Part shown: positions 50,130 through 59,187 of the stretch, piece by piece
How positions within the stretch are numbered: the first letter of the stretch is position 1
How the letters are laid out: each line of letters starts with the position of its first letter
Origin: Schizochytrium sp. TIO01
Lineage: Eukaryota > Protista > Bigyra: Labyrinthulomycetes
Direction of reading: 5' to 3'
DNA: 64,000 nt
Assembly (NCBI GenBank): GCA_004764695.1
Contig: SMSO01000025.1
Coordinates: forward strand, 3,720,001 to 3,784,000
Translations under genes and position numbers: made by a program
Notes under the pieces: generated by a model
The model's input: only the letters and a program-made list of their open reading frames with translations
What the model was told of the DNA's origin: nothing
Databases searched by the model: none

Positions 50130-53100
50130 ATGTACGAAACTCACTGGAGGGACCTAGTTCGATGCTGGTCCAAAGCTCCAGCATCATGCCGTGAGCGTGT
50201 TTTAGAAGAAATTCTCGATGGGAAAGGTGTCCCCACGTACATACGTAGCAATCTCTGGATGGCTGCTTCAGGTGCTGAAAAGAAAATGGAGAGCTTCCCC
50301 AATGTTTATCAAGACTATCTTGCAGAGGCGTCGAGGCGTCTTGAATCCTCAGAACCCACAGACTTCACGCAAGTGGAGTTGCAAATTCGAAAAGATATTA
50401 AACGGACATATCCGCTTTTTCTGCGCAATGCTGCAAATGCCTATGGCAAATCAGCCTCGAGCTCTGATGAGTCAACAACAAGCTCATCATCATCAAAGAG
50501 GAGACCCCCCGTCTCATCGCCCCCAAGTCCCACTGATGATCAACATTGGCAGCAACATGAACGAGCTCTTTATAATGTCCTCTGCGCGTGTGCTCTCGCC
50601 TCGGGACCAAAAGAAGCATCATACCACCAGGGACTCAATTATATGGCTGCTCTTCTTCTCATTCTCATGCATGAAAGACCGCAGAGCACTACAGATGTTT
50701 TAGATCCTTCAGATATTGCAAGTCCTCATTCTGCTCCGACTAGAGCTGGACTTGACGTAGCTTCTACAGCTCTTTCATCACCGACATCCGCGCCTTCACC
50801 GACTCCTTCAGCGGTACCATCGTCAAATAGCCAGGGCTATATAATATTGTCATCCCTGAAAGGAGATAAGGATAGTGCGGAGGCCACTGCGTGGCGCAAC
50901 GCTGAGACTCGGGCATTTTGGATCCTACAATCATTACTAGAGGATTACAATCTTTCTGGAATATACGACTGCCACACTTCATTTCTTCAGCAATACCTAG
51001 ACCAGTTCGACCTTTTGGTACGTCGTTTTCTTCCTCGGTTGCATCGACACCTCGAACATGGCCTACAAGGAGGCTATCCTGTAGTACTATTTGCTATGGA
51101 TTGGTTTACTACTGTTTTCAGCTATAGCATGCGGATGGACGCTGTATATTTAATATGGGATTTATTTATTGTAGCACGTCTTGATGAGACATTATATGTA
51201 GCTGGTCTTGGCATCCTTTTGCATCTCCGAGACCGGCTAATGGCTATATCCTCCTTTGAAGAGATGGCCGATCAATTCAAATCTCTTGTTCGATCAATCT
51301 CTGCAAGGGAACTTTTATTATGCATTAAACGTGTGGTAGAGCGCATTGTTCCCTCCGAGCTCATTCCTCCTGGGCGGTCAACACTGGCCAATATTGAGCG
51401 AGCCATACACGATTCTAGCAATGAGCTCACGACTTCTGAATTTGATGCTACACAGCTAGTTAGAGCTGTCCAGCTTGGAGATGCCCCATCTACTGAACTT
51501 GAATTAGCAAAATACAAGTTTCCTGTGCAAATGCTAGAGCGCTTGCTGCTCCGGGCTGTCATGCTTGGGCATGCGGCTGTTGTAAAAACGCTGCTTTCGG
51601 TCTGCGATGCCTCGTGTCGAAGCTCAATTGCTTCGTTGGAGGGCCTAACACCTCTTCATTTATGTGCGATCATGGGTCACCCAACAGTCGCACGCGTTCT
51701 GCTTAGTGCTGGTGCAGACCGAAGTTTGCGTTCTCGCGCCCCCGTGCTGAATTCACTTCTTCCCGCTTCCGATTATACGCAGCAAACTTCAGATGAACAC
51801 AGAACAGCTAGAAAGGTTGACGTTGAAACCGAAGTAGCAGTTTCCGTGTCTGAATATGGCATGTCTGCGGCGGAACTAGCCCGAACAATCAGCTTACAGA
51901 GTTCTATTATGGATCTTGCAACTACTGACAATAACAAGAAAGCCAATAGAACAAGGCCAACTAGTCATTCCATTGCTCATTCAGCAGTGCATCAAGTGCT
52001 CGATGGAAACATCTGCCTCGCCTGTGGTCGATTCCTTCAGCGTCGTGCGAATGAGGGAAGCAAGTCATTTTTCTCTTCTATTATGAATAGTTTGACCCCC
52101 GACTGGGATGAAGCGGTACCTCGTGCCAATAACAAGCTTCACTCCTGGGATGGAGATTTATGCTCCAGTTGTGCAGACCAGGCGTCTCGTGATATTATCT
52201 TAGATGCTCCTATGGGATCTCTAACTTGGCACTGCGTCAACTGCAAAACTATGCTTCTTGGAGAACGCAAAGTTCAGTGTCGCCGATGCCAATTTTGGTG
52301 CTGCTCCGCTTGTACCTTTACACGGAGACAGCTCTTACCGAAATACAAACAACCAGTTCCAGTATGTGTAAACTGTCACCATGTTCTACGCTCCTGTCCA
52401 TGTGATGAGAGCAGCTGGCGAAGCTATCAAGTGAAGTGCGATCACCAACCAACTGACAACCTTGGCCCTGGTGGAAATACATGTTCCTGTGAACAATGTC
52501 TTCGACGCCGTTTCACATTGCGAGAACCTGCTCAGCACTCTCGGGAGGCGCGATATGATTCAGTGCGTCCTCTGTTTAATGCAAAGGAAGCTCTAGCCCA
52601 TGGGTTCTGGGCCAGCCAAGGCACGCGCTCACCTCTTGAGGTGCCGGCAACTAGCACTGAGGTCTCCCAAACCGACAGAGATGTATTAACTATCATTGGG
52701 AATATTGAAAAATTTGTTACTGCTCGTACGCAGCCTAGCCGCTTCAAGTCTAGAACAATGATGCGTCAACAAAACCAACAACATCAATCCGCCCAAGACG
52801 CAGAAGTGCATGGATCTAACGGAATCAATGCTTCAAGCATGAAATCTGTTCACACTGACGCGGGTGGATCGCTGTCACTGGAAAAGACAAGTGTCACGGT
52901 TGATGAGAAAAAAGTATCCCTTGATTCATCTGATGAGTATGAAGATGATCAAGAACACGAGGCATCGACTCATCGGGAGGCTCAAGCTGATATACAGGAT
53001 CGTAAGAACTTTGAGCCCTTGCAACGTTCTTACCGCGATTTCCATGCAGAACTCGTTGAGTTCTACACTGTATGGAACCCTTCGCAAATATCCAAGGTTG

Positions 53101-53177
53101 ATGTGCTGTTGTCCAAATACAAGGGTCGAGAAGAGGAGCTTCTGAACTCTCTTCATAAAATGTACGCTAAAAGATAA
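50130..53177 (+). CDS. TBC (Rab-GAP) domain protein with ankyrin repeat(s), FYVE-like Cys-rich region and a C-terminal helical module, 1015 aa
   Basis: KGVP..IR..LW...SGA, arginine finger IRKDIKRT, glutamine finger YHQGLNY, WFTTVFS..IWDLF. Ankyrin GLTPLHLCAIMGHPTVARVLLSAGAD. Zinc region CVNC..CRRC..CCSAC..VCVNC. An in-frame TAA lies just upstream of the ATG. Confidence 0.92.
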   Translation: MYETHWRDLVRCWSKAPASCRERVLEEILDGKGVPTYIRSNLWMAASGAEKKMESFPNVYQDYLAEASRRLESSEPTDFTQVELQIRKDIKRTYPLFLRNAANAYGKSASSSDESTTSSSSSKRRPPVSSPPSPTDDQHWQQHERALYNVLCACALASGPKEASYHQGLNYMAALLLILMHERPQSTTDVLDPSDIASPHSAPTRAGLDVASTALSSPTSAPSPTPSAVPSSNSQGYIILSSLKGDKDSAEATAWRNAETRAFWILQSLLEDYNLSGIYDCHTSFLQQYLDQFDLLVRRFLPRLHRHLEHGLQGGYPVVLFAMDWFTTVFSYSMRMDAVYLIWDLFIVARLDETLYVAGLGILLHLRDRLMAISSFEEMADQFKSLVRSISARELLLCIKRVVERIVPSELIPPGRSTLANIERAIHDSSNELTTSEFDATQLVRAVQLGDAPSTELELAKYKFPVQMLERLLLRAVMLGHAAVVKTLLSVCDASCRSSIASLEGLTPLHLCAIMGHPTVARVLLSAGADRSLRSRAPVLNSLLPASDYTQQTSDEHRTARKVDVETEVAVSVSEYGMSAAELARTISLQSSIMDLATTDNNKKANRTRPTSHSIAHSAVHQVLDGNICLACGRFLQRRANEGSKSFFSSIMNSLTPDWDEAVPRANNKLHSWDGDLCSSCADQASRDIILDAPMGSLTWHCVNCKTMLLGERKVQCRRCQFWCCSACTFTRRQLLPKYKQPVPVCVNCHHVLRSCPCDESSWRSYQVKCDHQPTDNLGPGGNTCSCEQCLRRRFTLREPAQHSREARYDSVRPLFNAKEALAHGFWASQGTRSPLEVPATSTEVSQTDRDVLTIIGNIEKFVTARTQPSRFKSRTMMRQQNQQHQSAQDAEVHGSNGINASSMKSVHTDAGGSLSLEKTSVTVDEKKVSLDSSDEYEDDQEHEASTHREAQADIQDRKNFEPLQRSYRDFHAELVEFYTVWNPSQISKVDVLLSKYKGREEELLNSLHKMYAKR

Positions 53178-53546
53178 TCACACTTTGTTGTTTCTACTTC
53201 ATGTAATATTATACTCTTCCAGAAACAAGTTTATTGAACCCATTCTGCCGAATAGCTTGCTTGAAGCACCAAAACCTAATTGTGTAAAGTCTAGACAAAT
53301 GTTTTTCTACGAGCGCTTCTTCATAAACGAAAATATTATTTACCATAGAGAGCTTGGTTTTCCTGTGTCTTTGAAAATTCCCCGTTCCCGCAAGTGCTTA
53401 TGAGGAGTTGCTCTAGCACTCAATCTGTTGTGTTGCAACCCGCAAAGTACAAAGTAATACTATATCTAAATAACTTTTGATGAACTCAAATGAAGATAAC
53501 AAAAGGAGACAGATAGGCAAATTCAAATGCTAAAAAACGAAAGTGA

Positions 53547-56500
53547 TTAATTTTTTTGAGGAAGATTTTGTGCAGATGCAGATGTCGTTGGTGCAGATTC
53601 TGACAACACAACAGTATCCTTGGATTGAATAAGTTGTTGTGGGGCAGATTGAGGTGCAGCGCTTGGCGCAGCAGTAGGTGGAGTGCTCGGCGCAGCAGGG
53701 CTTACGGTTGAAGCATTGGCTGATTGTGTAGCGCCAACAGGTTTAGCTGTGACAGCAGTTGCAGTGGTGTGGAGTGCACCAGCGTTCACTGCAGTGTTGG
53801 TCCGAGGTTGAGAAGATACAGGTCGTCCATTAGCTACCGTGCGAGCAACAGAAAGGGGCGCATTCATGCGCTGACGAGGCGGTGCAGAACCCGGGGCGAC
53901 AGGGTTGTTAAGACCGGCGTGGTTAGGGCGAGGGGCTGAAGAAGCTACCACCCGGCGCAAATCACCAGATTTTACCGGAGTCACAAAGCCAGCAGTTGAA
54001 GATGAGGATGCCCCGGAAGCAGCAGTTGAAGACTTAGATGGTGTGCCTGCGGGTGTGGAGGTCCCTGCGCCGGACGATGGAGCCGCACGGGCGGTCGTAA
54101 CCTTTGTCGCAGACCCAGGCGTCGCTCCAGCCTTACTTACACGCGGCGCGGGCATCATCTTTACAGTCTTGCGATTGCCGTGTTTGTCAATGCTGGTAAT
54201 TGTACGGGCGCCGCTGGAAGCCGTTGTGGTAATGCGACGTTCTCCATTGGGGCAAATCATTGTGGTGGTACGAGTACCACTTGGTGTAACAGTGGTTATA
54301 TAACGAGTTCCATCAGCAGCTTGAGAGGTGAAAGTCCGAGCTCCATTGTTGTTCATAATACCACCAGATTTTAGAGGCACACCTGGGCGATTTGGCGCAC
54401 CTACGCGACCATTTGCTGCGGGGGATGGCGCAGAAGAACTTTGGGCTGCGCCCGGAACACGAGCAGCTGCCGGGGAGGCCGCAAGGCCTCCAGTAGCCGG
54501 GACTGTTGTAGCTGCAGGAGTGCCAGCAGGACGGGCAGGCGCCTGAGGGCGGGTCTGTGGCGTCCTTGACATGATACCTGTCGCCGCTCGCAGAGGCGCA
54601 TTAAGCTTTCCGGTGCGAGGATTTACAGTGGTTCCATTATTAGAGGTAGAAGAATTGGGAGTGGTTGTTGCGGTATTCACAGTGCTTGTGTTATTCTGAA
54701 CACGAGGTGCTCCGGAAGGGTTCACCATTTGGGGGTTGGCGGCGCCAGCCTTTACAATCTTAGTCGCTGAGCTCTGGTTATTATACACAGGCTGTCCATT
54801 TGGTGCATTTGCTGTAGACGAATTATTCGAAGCTACGGAACTGGACAACGGAGCAGGAACACCATTGTAAGCATTGTTAGCAACAGCATTTGTGGGTGCT
54901 GCAGCACTGCTAACAGGCGGACGAGGTGCAATATTTCCATTGTTTAATTTCCCGCTTGTGGTAGGGGCCATCTGGAGGTTGCCGCTCTTACGCGCTGCCC
55001 CTCCAGGGATGGAGGCAGAGGCAGCTGTTGTCGTTGTAGCAGCAGTAGCAGTAGCCAACGTAGGAGCACCAGCAGCAGTGACTGAAGCAGCAGGAGGTTT
55101 TACACCACTAAGATGCTGATTGTCAGCAGAAACAGCAGAAACACCAGCAGCAGTAGATGAAGACTGTACAGAAGACGTCATAGGCCGTTGCTGCTGAGAC
55201 TGAGGCACGACAGAAGGGCGCTGAACACTCGGTGTGGTAGCAACTGGGCCACGATTTTGCTGGACTTGTGAGTGCTGGATCACTCGTTGCTGTTGAGCTT
55301 GCGGCTGGCCATGAACAGTGTTGCTTTTCACTTGTTGTTGGACATATTGGCCCGATCCGTTCATCTTCATGGCAGCCTGTTGCTGATGGGAAGGATGTTG
55401 CTTCTGATAACCTGGTTGAGGGCTAGCAACACGAGTATTAGAGGTTTGAGAATGTTGCTGCTGACGGGCCATCATATGCGCAGGGCCGGTAACACGCTGT
55501 TGTTGTTGCTGTGTGCTCATCGTACGTGCCTGCTGATGCACAACACCTGCACCAGGACGATGCAGTTGTGAATTTTGGTGGGCCTGATGAGGAGCCATAC
55601 CAACACCAGGTGCAGACGAAGAGGGTTTGGAAGGCGCTCCCACCATTCCAGGTCGTGAACCCATCGGGATGCCCTGCATACCGGGCTTATTATGCATCAT
55701 AGCCGGGTTTGACATTGGTTTCGCCATGCCGGGTGGCTTATTGTTCGGAACTGGAGTAGATGGAGGTTTACCTTGATCTGCAAGAACCTGGTTTTGCACA
55801 TGACGTGGTACAAAGCGACCCTTGACACGAGGACGAGAGTCAGCCAGTGCTTTACGGCAATTGTACTTAACACGTTTCAGCCACACACGGCGTTTCCTCT
55901 TCTCTAAAAACTTTTCAATTCTACGGCGACGTTGTTCCATGGTCAAAGTTCCAATCGTAGCATTACGATTTGCCATCCGCGCTGAGAGGGAAAAGCTTGG
56001 AGGAGGGCACACTGGGCGAGCTTGAACACTAGCAGGGGGCATCGGGGAGCCACTTGCCTTAAGTTGCTGTTGTGCCTGCTGCTGTTGTTGAATTTGTTGA
56101 TGAGGCTGGTGTTGCATCTGAGCTTGTTGAATATTAGTACCAGAGGGCTTGGCCACAGGCAAGGAGTTGCTGCTGCCATTGTTCAGCAAGTTAGGCGCCA
56201 TGTTGGGTGCCTTCGGCATACTCGACGCCACAGGAACTGACTGCATTGAAGCAGTAGCTAAAGATGGAGATGATGTGTGCAACGTAGACGCTGTTGATGG
56301 TTGTGTAGGATGCATCGAAGAAGCGTTCTCCATTTTAGGTTTTCCGTTTTGCACTGGGGCGTGTCCGTCAACAATTGTATTCTTATTAAGTTGTGGTTGG
56401 GGAGGTGGCGGGGGGGGCGCAGCAGCGGCTGCAACAGAGATCGATGACTTGTTGCTCGGCTCCCTCTCCAAAGGCAGTGGGGATGCAAGGCCTTGGCTCT

Positions 56501-58046
56501 GCTCAAAACCCTTTGCCAACTTGGGTGCCTGTGTCGTATCGGCCTTTACACCCTTGTTCTTCACCTTTTCATTAATAAGTGAAAAAGACGCCCTTGGTTG
56601 GAAGTCAAATTCTGTCGCCTCAATTTCAGAGTCTGACTCAGAGTCGTCTGGGTGCGCGTCTTGTGCTACACGAAGGTACACAAGCATTTGCTTGTTTCGG
56701 CCTGGCATAGTAGCTCTTGCTGGCGCCGCCTTATACAAAGGTGGAACACGCTGTGTCATTGTGGGAATTGATCGAGGGCGTTTACCTCTTGAGAAAGCTG
56801 CACTAGACATTCTCGACTTGTAAATAGCTGTTTCACGTTCAGCTAAAGCTCCACTGTGCCGTGGGACGCGGAATGTAATACGCTTTGGGTTGTTTGCTGC
56901 TGCTGCAGCACTTGCTTGCGCAGAAGCTGTTGGCACAGGCAAAACTGGTAAATCAGATGACGAGGATGAGGATGAAGATAACGAAAGAGGTGCAGTCGGC
57001 ACAACCTCTGGCACTGATGGTTTGGCATCAGTAATGCTTTCTAACTCCTCCTCTTCAAGAAGGTCCCAGTCTTCGTTCGTCTCCCCTCCGCGTTGGTTAA
57101 CCTGAGCTAATTCCAGCATGGACGTAGGCAACATCGAGAACTCGAGACTGTAGCCACGGGGCCGTGTGCGGATTGAAGGCGAAGGTGGAGAAGCTTCCAA
57201 GTCTGTGTCGTGCACCCAATCGAAAGATTTACCACGCGACCTAAAGGAGGCCAATGAGAACACACTACTTGATCTATCGCGAGGAATAGAGGCAGCAACC
57301 TCAGCAACTGTGTCATCGGGAAAGTCAAGCATAACCGGTGGCGGCCTTGGCACAGAGAAACGAACCGATGCAAGTGTCGGTGTGTTGAGGCTTAAAAGAC
57401 TTGCACTAGTAGAGTCCAGACTCAATAGAGAACTTGAACTACTTGAAGATCCACTACGTGCCTTTGTCAAGAATTCGGTGCTTTCAGCCAAAAAGGAGCC
57501 CCGAGAGCCAAAATCGAAAGACTTCTCTTCAAACTCTTCGCGAAGATCACTACATCTTGATTTGATGGGACTATTCCGCGGCAACAAGTCTGACGGCCTT
57601 GAACGCCTGGTCTTATCCAAAGGAAGGGGCATTGCGAACGAGAAAGTTGAGGATAGACTAGAGATGGATGACAAAGATGCAGCACGTTGCCTTGGTGCTA
57701 TCACTTTGGTTCGTGGATTCAAAGCGTTACTCGCAAGTGTTGTTGTTGACGAGGAAGTGCCTGCTGTTCCGTTTGACGCCGAAGAAGATCCACTTGAGGA
57801 TGAAGATGAGGGGTCTAATTTCAACTCAGTAGCGTCTTCCAGCGAAACATCTAACATAGCATCATCTTCCACAAAGCTAAGGACGCCCTGCGAAAGAAGC
57901 ATCTCTATTGTGTCAACGGCTGTGATGTGTGGTGACGAATCGGGACCCATGTCGTCTTCTGCGTCTGATTCTGCAATACCCTGGAGCGCTTCTGGAATAC
58001 CACTATAAGCACCTTTATACTCCCCAACCTCCAGCAAACTTGACAT
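53547..58046 (-). CDS. CCT-domain (CONSTANS/CO-like/TOC1) protein, 1499 aa, mostly low-complexity
   Basis: CCT motif RRRRIEKFLEKRKRRVWLKRVKYNCRKALADSRPRVKGRFV (~55809-55935), Ser-rich N-terminus, Q/P/A/T-rich C-terminus. Uninterrupted 4.5 kb ORF. Confidence 0.9.
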   Translation of the reverse strand: MSSLLEVGEYKGAYSGIPEALQGIAESDAEDDMGPDSSPHITAVDTIEMLLSQGVLSFVEDDAMLDVSLEDATELKLDPSSSSSSGSSSASNGTAGTSSSTTTLASNALNPRTKVIAPRQRAASLSSISSLSSTFSFAMPLPLDKTRRSRPSDLLPRNSPIKSRCSDLREEFEEKSFDFGSRGSFLAESTEFLTKARSGSSSSSSSLLSLDSTSASLLSLNTPTLASVRFSVPRPPPVMLDFPDDTVAEVAASIPRDRSSSVFSLASFRSRGKSFDWVHDTDLEASPPSPSIRTRPRGYSLEFSMLPTSMLELAQVNQRGGETNEDWDLLEEEELESITDAKPSVPEVVPTAPLSLSSSSSSSSDLPVLPVPTASAQASAAAAANNPKRITFRVPRHSGALAERETAIYKSRMSSAAFSRGKRPRSIPTMTQRVPPLYKAAPARATMPGRNKQMLVYLRVAQDAHPDDSESDSEIEATEFDFQPRASFSLINEKVKNKGVKADTTQAPKLAKGFEQSQGLASPLPLEREPSNKSSISVAAAAAPPPPPPQPQLNKNTIVDGHAPVQNGKPKMENASSMHPTQPSTASTLHTSSPSLATASMQSVPVASSMPKAPNMAPNLLNNGSSNSLPVAKPSGTNIQQAQMQHQPHQQIQQQQQAQQQLKASGSPMPPASVQARPVCPPPSFSLSARMANRNATIGTLTMEQRRRRIEKFLEKRKRRVWLKRVKYNCRKALADSRPRVKGRFVPRHVQNQVLADQGKPPSTPVPNNKPPGMAKPMSNPAMMHNKPGMQGIPMGSRPGMVGAPSKPSSSAPGVGMAPHQAHQNSQLHRPGAGVVHQQARTMSTQQQQQRVTGPAHMMARQQQHSQTSNTRVASPQPGYQKQHPSHQQQAAMKMNGSGQYVQQQVKSNTVHGQPQAQQQRVIQHSQVQQNRGPVATTPSVQRPSVVPQSQQQRPMTSSVQSSSTAAGVSAVSADNQHLSGVKPPAASVTAAGAPTLATATAATTTTAASASIPGGAARKSGNLQMAPTTSGKLNNGNIAPRPPVSSAAAPTNAVANNAYNGVPAPLSSSVASNNSSTANAPNGQPVYNNQSSATKIVKAGAANPQMVNPSGAPRVQNNTSTVNTATTTPNSSTSNNGTTVNPRTGKLNAPLRAATGIMSRTPQTRPQAPARPAGTPAATTVPATGGLAASPAAARVPGAAQSSSAPSPAANGRVGAPNRPGVPLKSGGIMNNNGARTFTSQAADGTRYITTVTPSGTRTTTMICPNGERRITTTASSGARTITSIDKHGNRKTVKMMPAPRVSKAGATPGSATKVTTARAAPSSGAGTSTPAGTPSKSSTAASGASSSSTAGFVTPVKSGDLRRVVASSAPRPNHAGLNNPVAPGSAPPRQRMNAPLSVARTVANGRPVSSQPRTNTAVNAGALHTTATAVTAKPVGATQSANASTVSPAAPSTPPTAAPSAAPQSAPQQLIQSKDTVVLSESAPTTSASAQNLPQKN

Positions 58047-58900
58047 TCTTGGTTTGCAAAGGCGGCGAAAGCCACCAAAGGATTAACAGAACCGGTCAGA
58101 TAGGACAAGAAGAGTGCCTGGGCAATAGATACTAACACCAGACGCAAGCCGCCCAAGGATGCGTCTAACTAAGGCGCTGGCAAAGGCTTCGAAACAACAA
58201 CTACACGGAGACCACAAATCAATCAAATGTGGCGTGCGCGTAAAGGAGTCTCTTGCTAGTAAATAAGCAATATTTCAAAGAAATACAGCAAAGACTGTGT
58301 GATACAATCACAAAGGAGGTGTGAAAGTTGAACGCGAAAAACAAAAACAAACAAAAAAACTGCGAGACTACACGTGACAGAACCATAAATTTCACGCCAG
58401 CCAAACCAACATAAAATCATGATGAAGAGGGTGGTGTTAATTTTTCTTTTTCATGAGTCCACTTGATACATACATTTACATCAAACAAAACAAAACAAAT
58501 TTACACCCCAAGCGAGTCAACCCAACAAATCATCTTTGTCGAAAGGTGGGTGCTCACATCAATATTCCCCAGCTATTGATGCTTTTAGCTTGTTGTTGCG
58601 AAAAGAGAAAGGGGAAGATTCATCATTGGGGATGGAAAGAGAGGAGTTTGCGTCTGCAACTCCATCATCGATTTCAATGCTCCCAGAATCCAAGAAACAG
58701 CGTCTTAAAGGAGAGTAATAGAACAGTAAACTGCCTACTTGAACATCAGTACCTCCTCATATAGATTCACCGCACAAAGAGAGACGGACCAAAGTTCAAT
58801 AAACCTATAACTAGTTTTCTTCTGCATAATGTAAGTAAAACGCGGACCTCTAAAATAGAAATCCATGTAATACACTCGCCGTCATCATCAATCCGATAAT

Positions 58901-59187
58901 CTTGCTATCACCAAAGCCTGCGACTACTGGTGCATGTTTCTTGGTTTATTTGAAAAAAAGTAATTTTCGCTCGTATTCTCACAGTTTTCAAATTGCATGT
59001 ATGCAAGCTGACTGTGCATAATTTAAAAAAAAAGTAAGGAAGACCATCTTACTATTCTTTGAAGGAGCACAGAGACCTACTACATAAACTTGCAATTTGA
59101 AAACACTGAGCAACACGAGAGAACATTACATTTTCTAAATGAACGAAGAAACACGTACCACTAGTCGCAGGCTTTAATATTAGCAAG
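58901..59187. repeat. Degenerate long inverted repeat (foldback), ~140-bp arms with a very short loop; MITE-like or hairpin-RNA-like
   Basis: The left arm (CTTGCTA..AAAGCCTGCGACTACTGGTGCATGTTTCTT..TTTTCAAATTGCA..AGTAAG) aligns with the reverse complement of the right arm (CTTGCTA..AAAGCCTGCGACTAGTGGTACGTGTTTCTT..TTTTCAAATTGCA..AGTAAG). Centre is near 59042. Confidence 0.85.

Noticed and set aside
56149-58008. Antisense ORFs of 224 and 280 aa over the CCT gene
   Set aside because: Shadows of low-complexity coding sequence, with no domain signatures.
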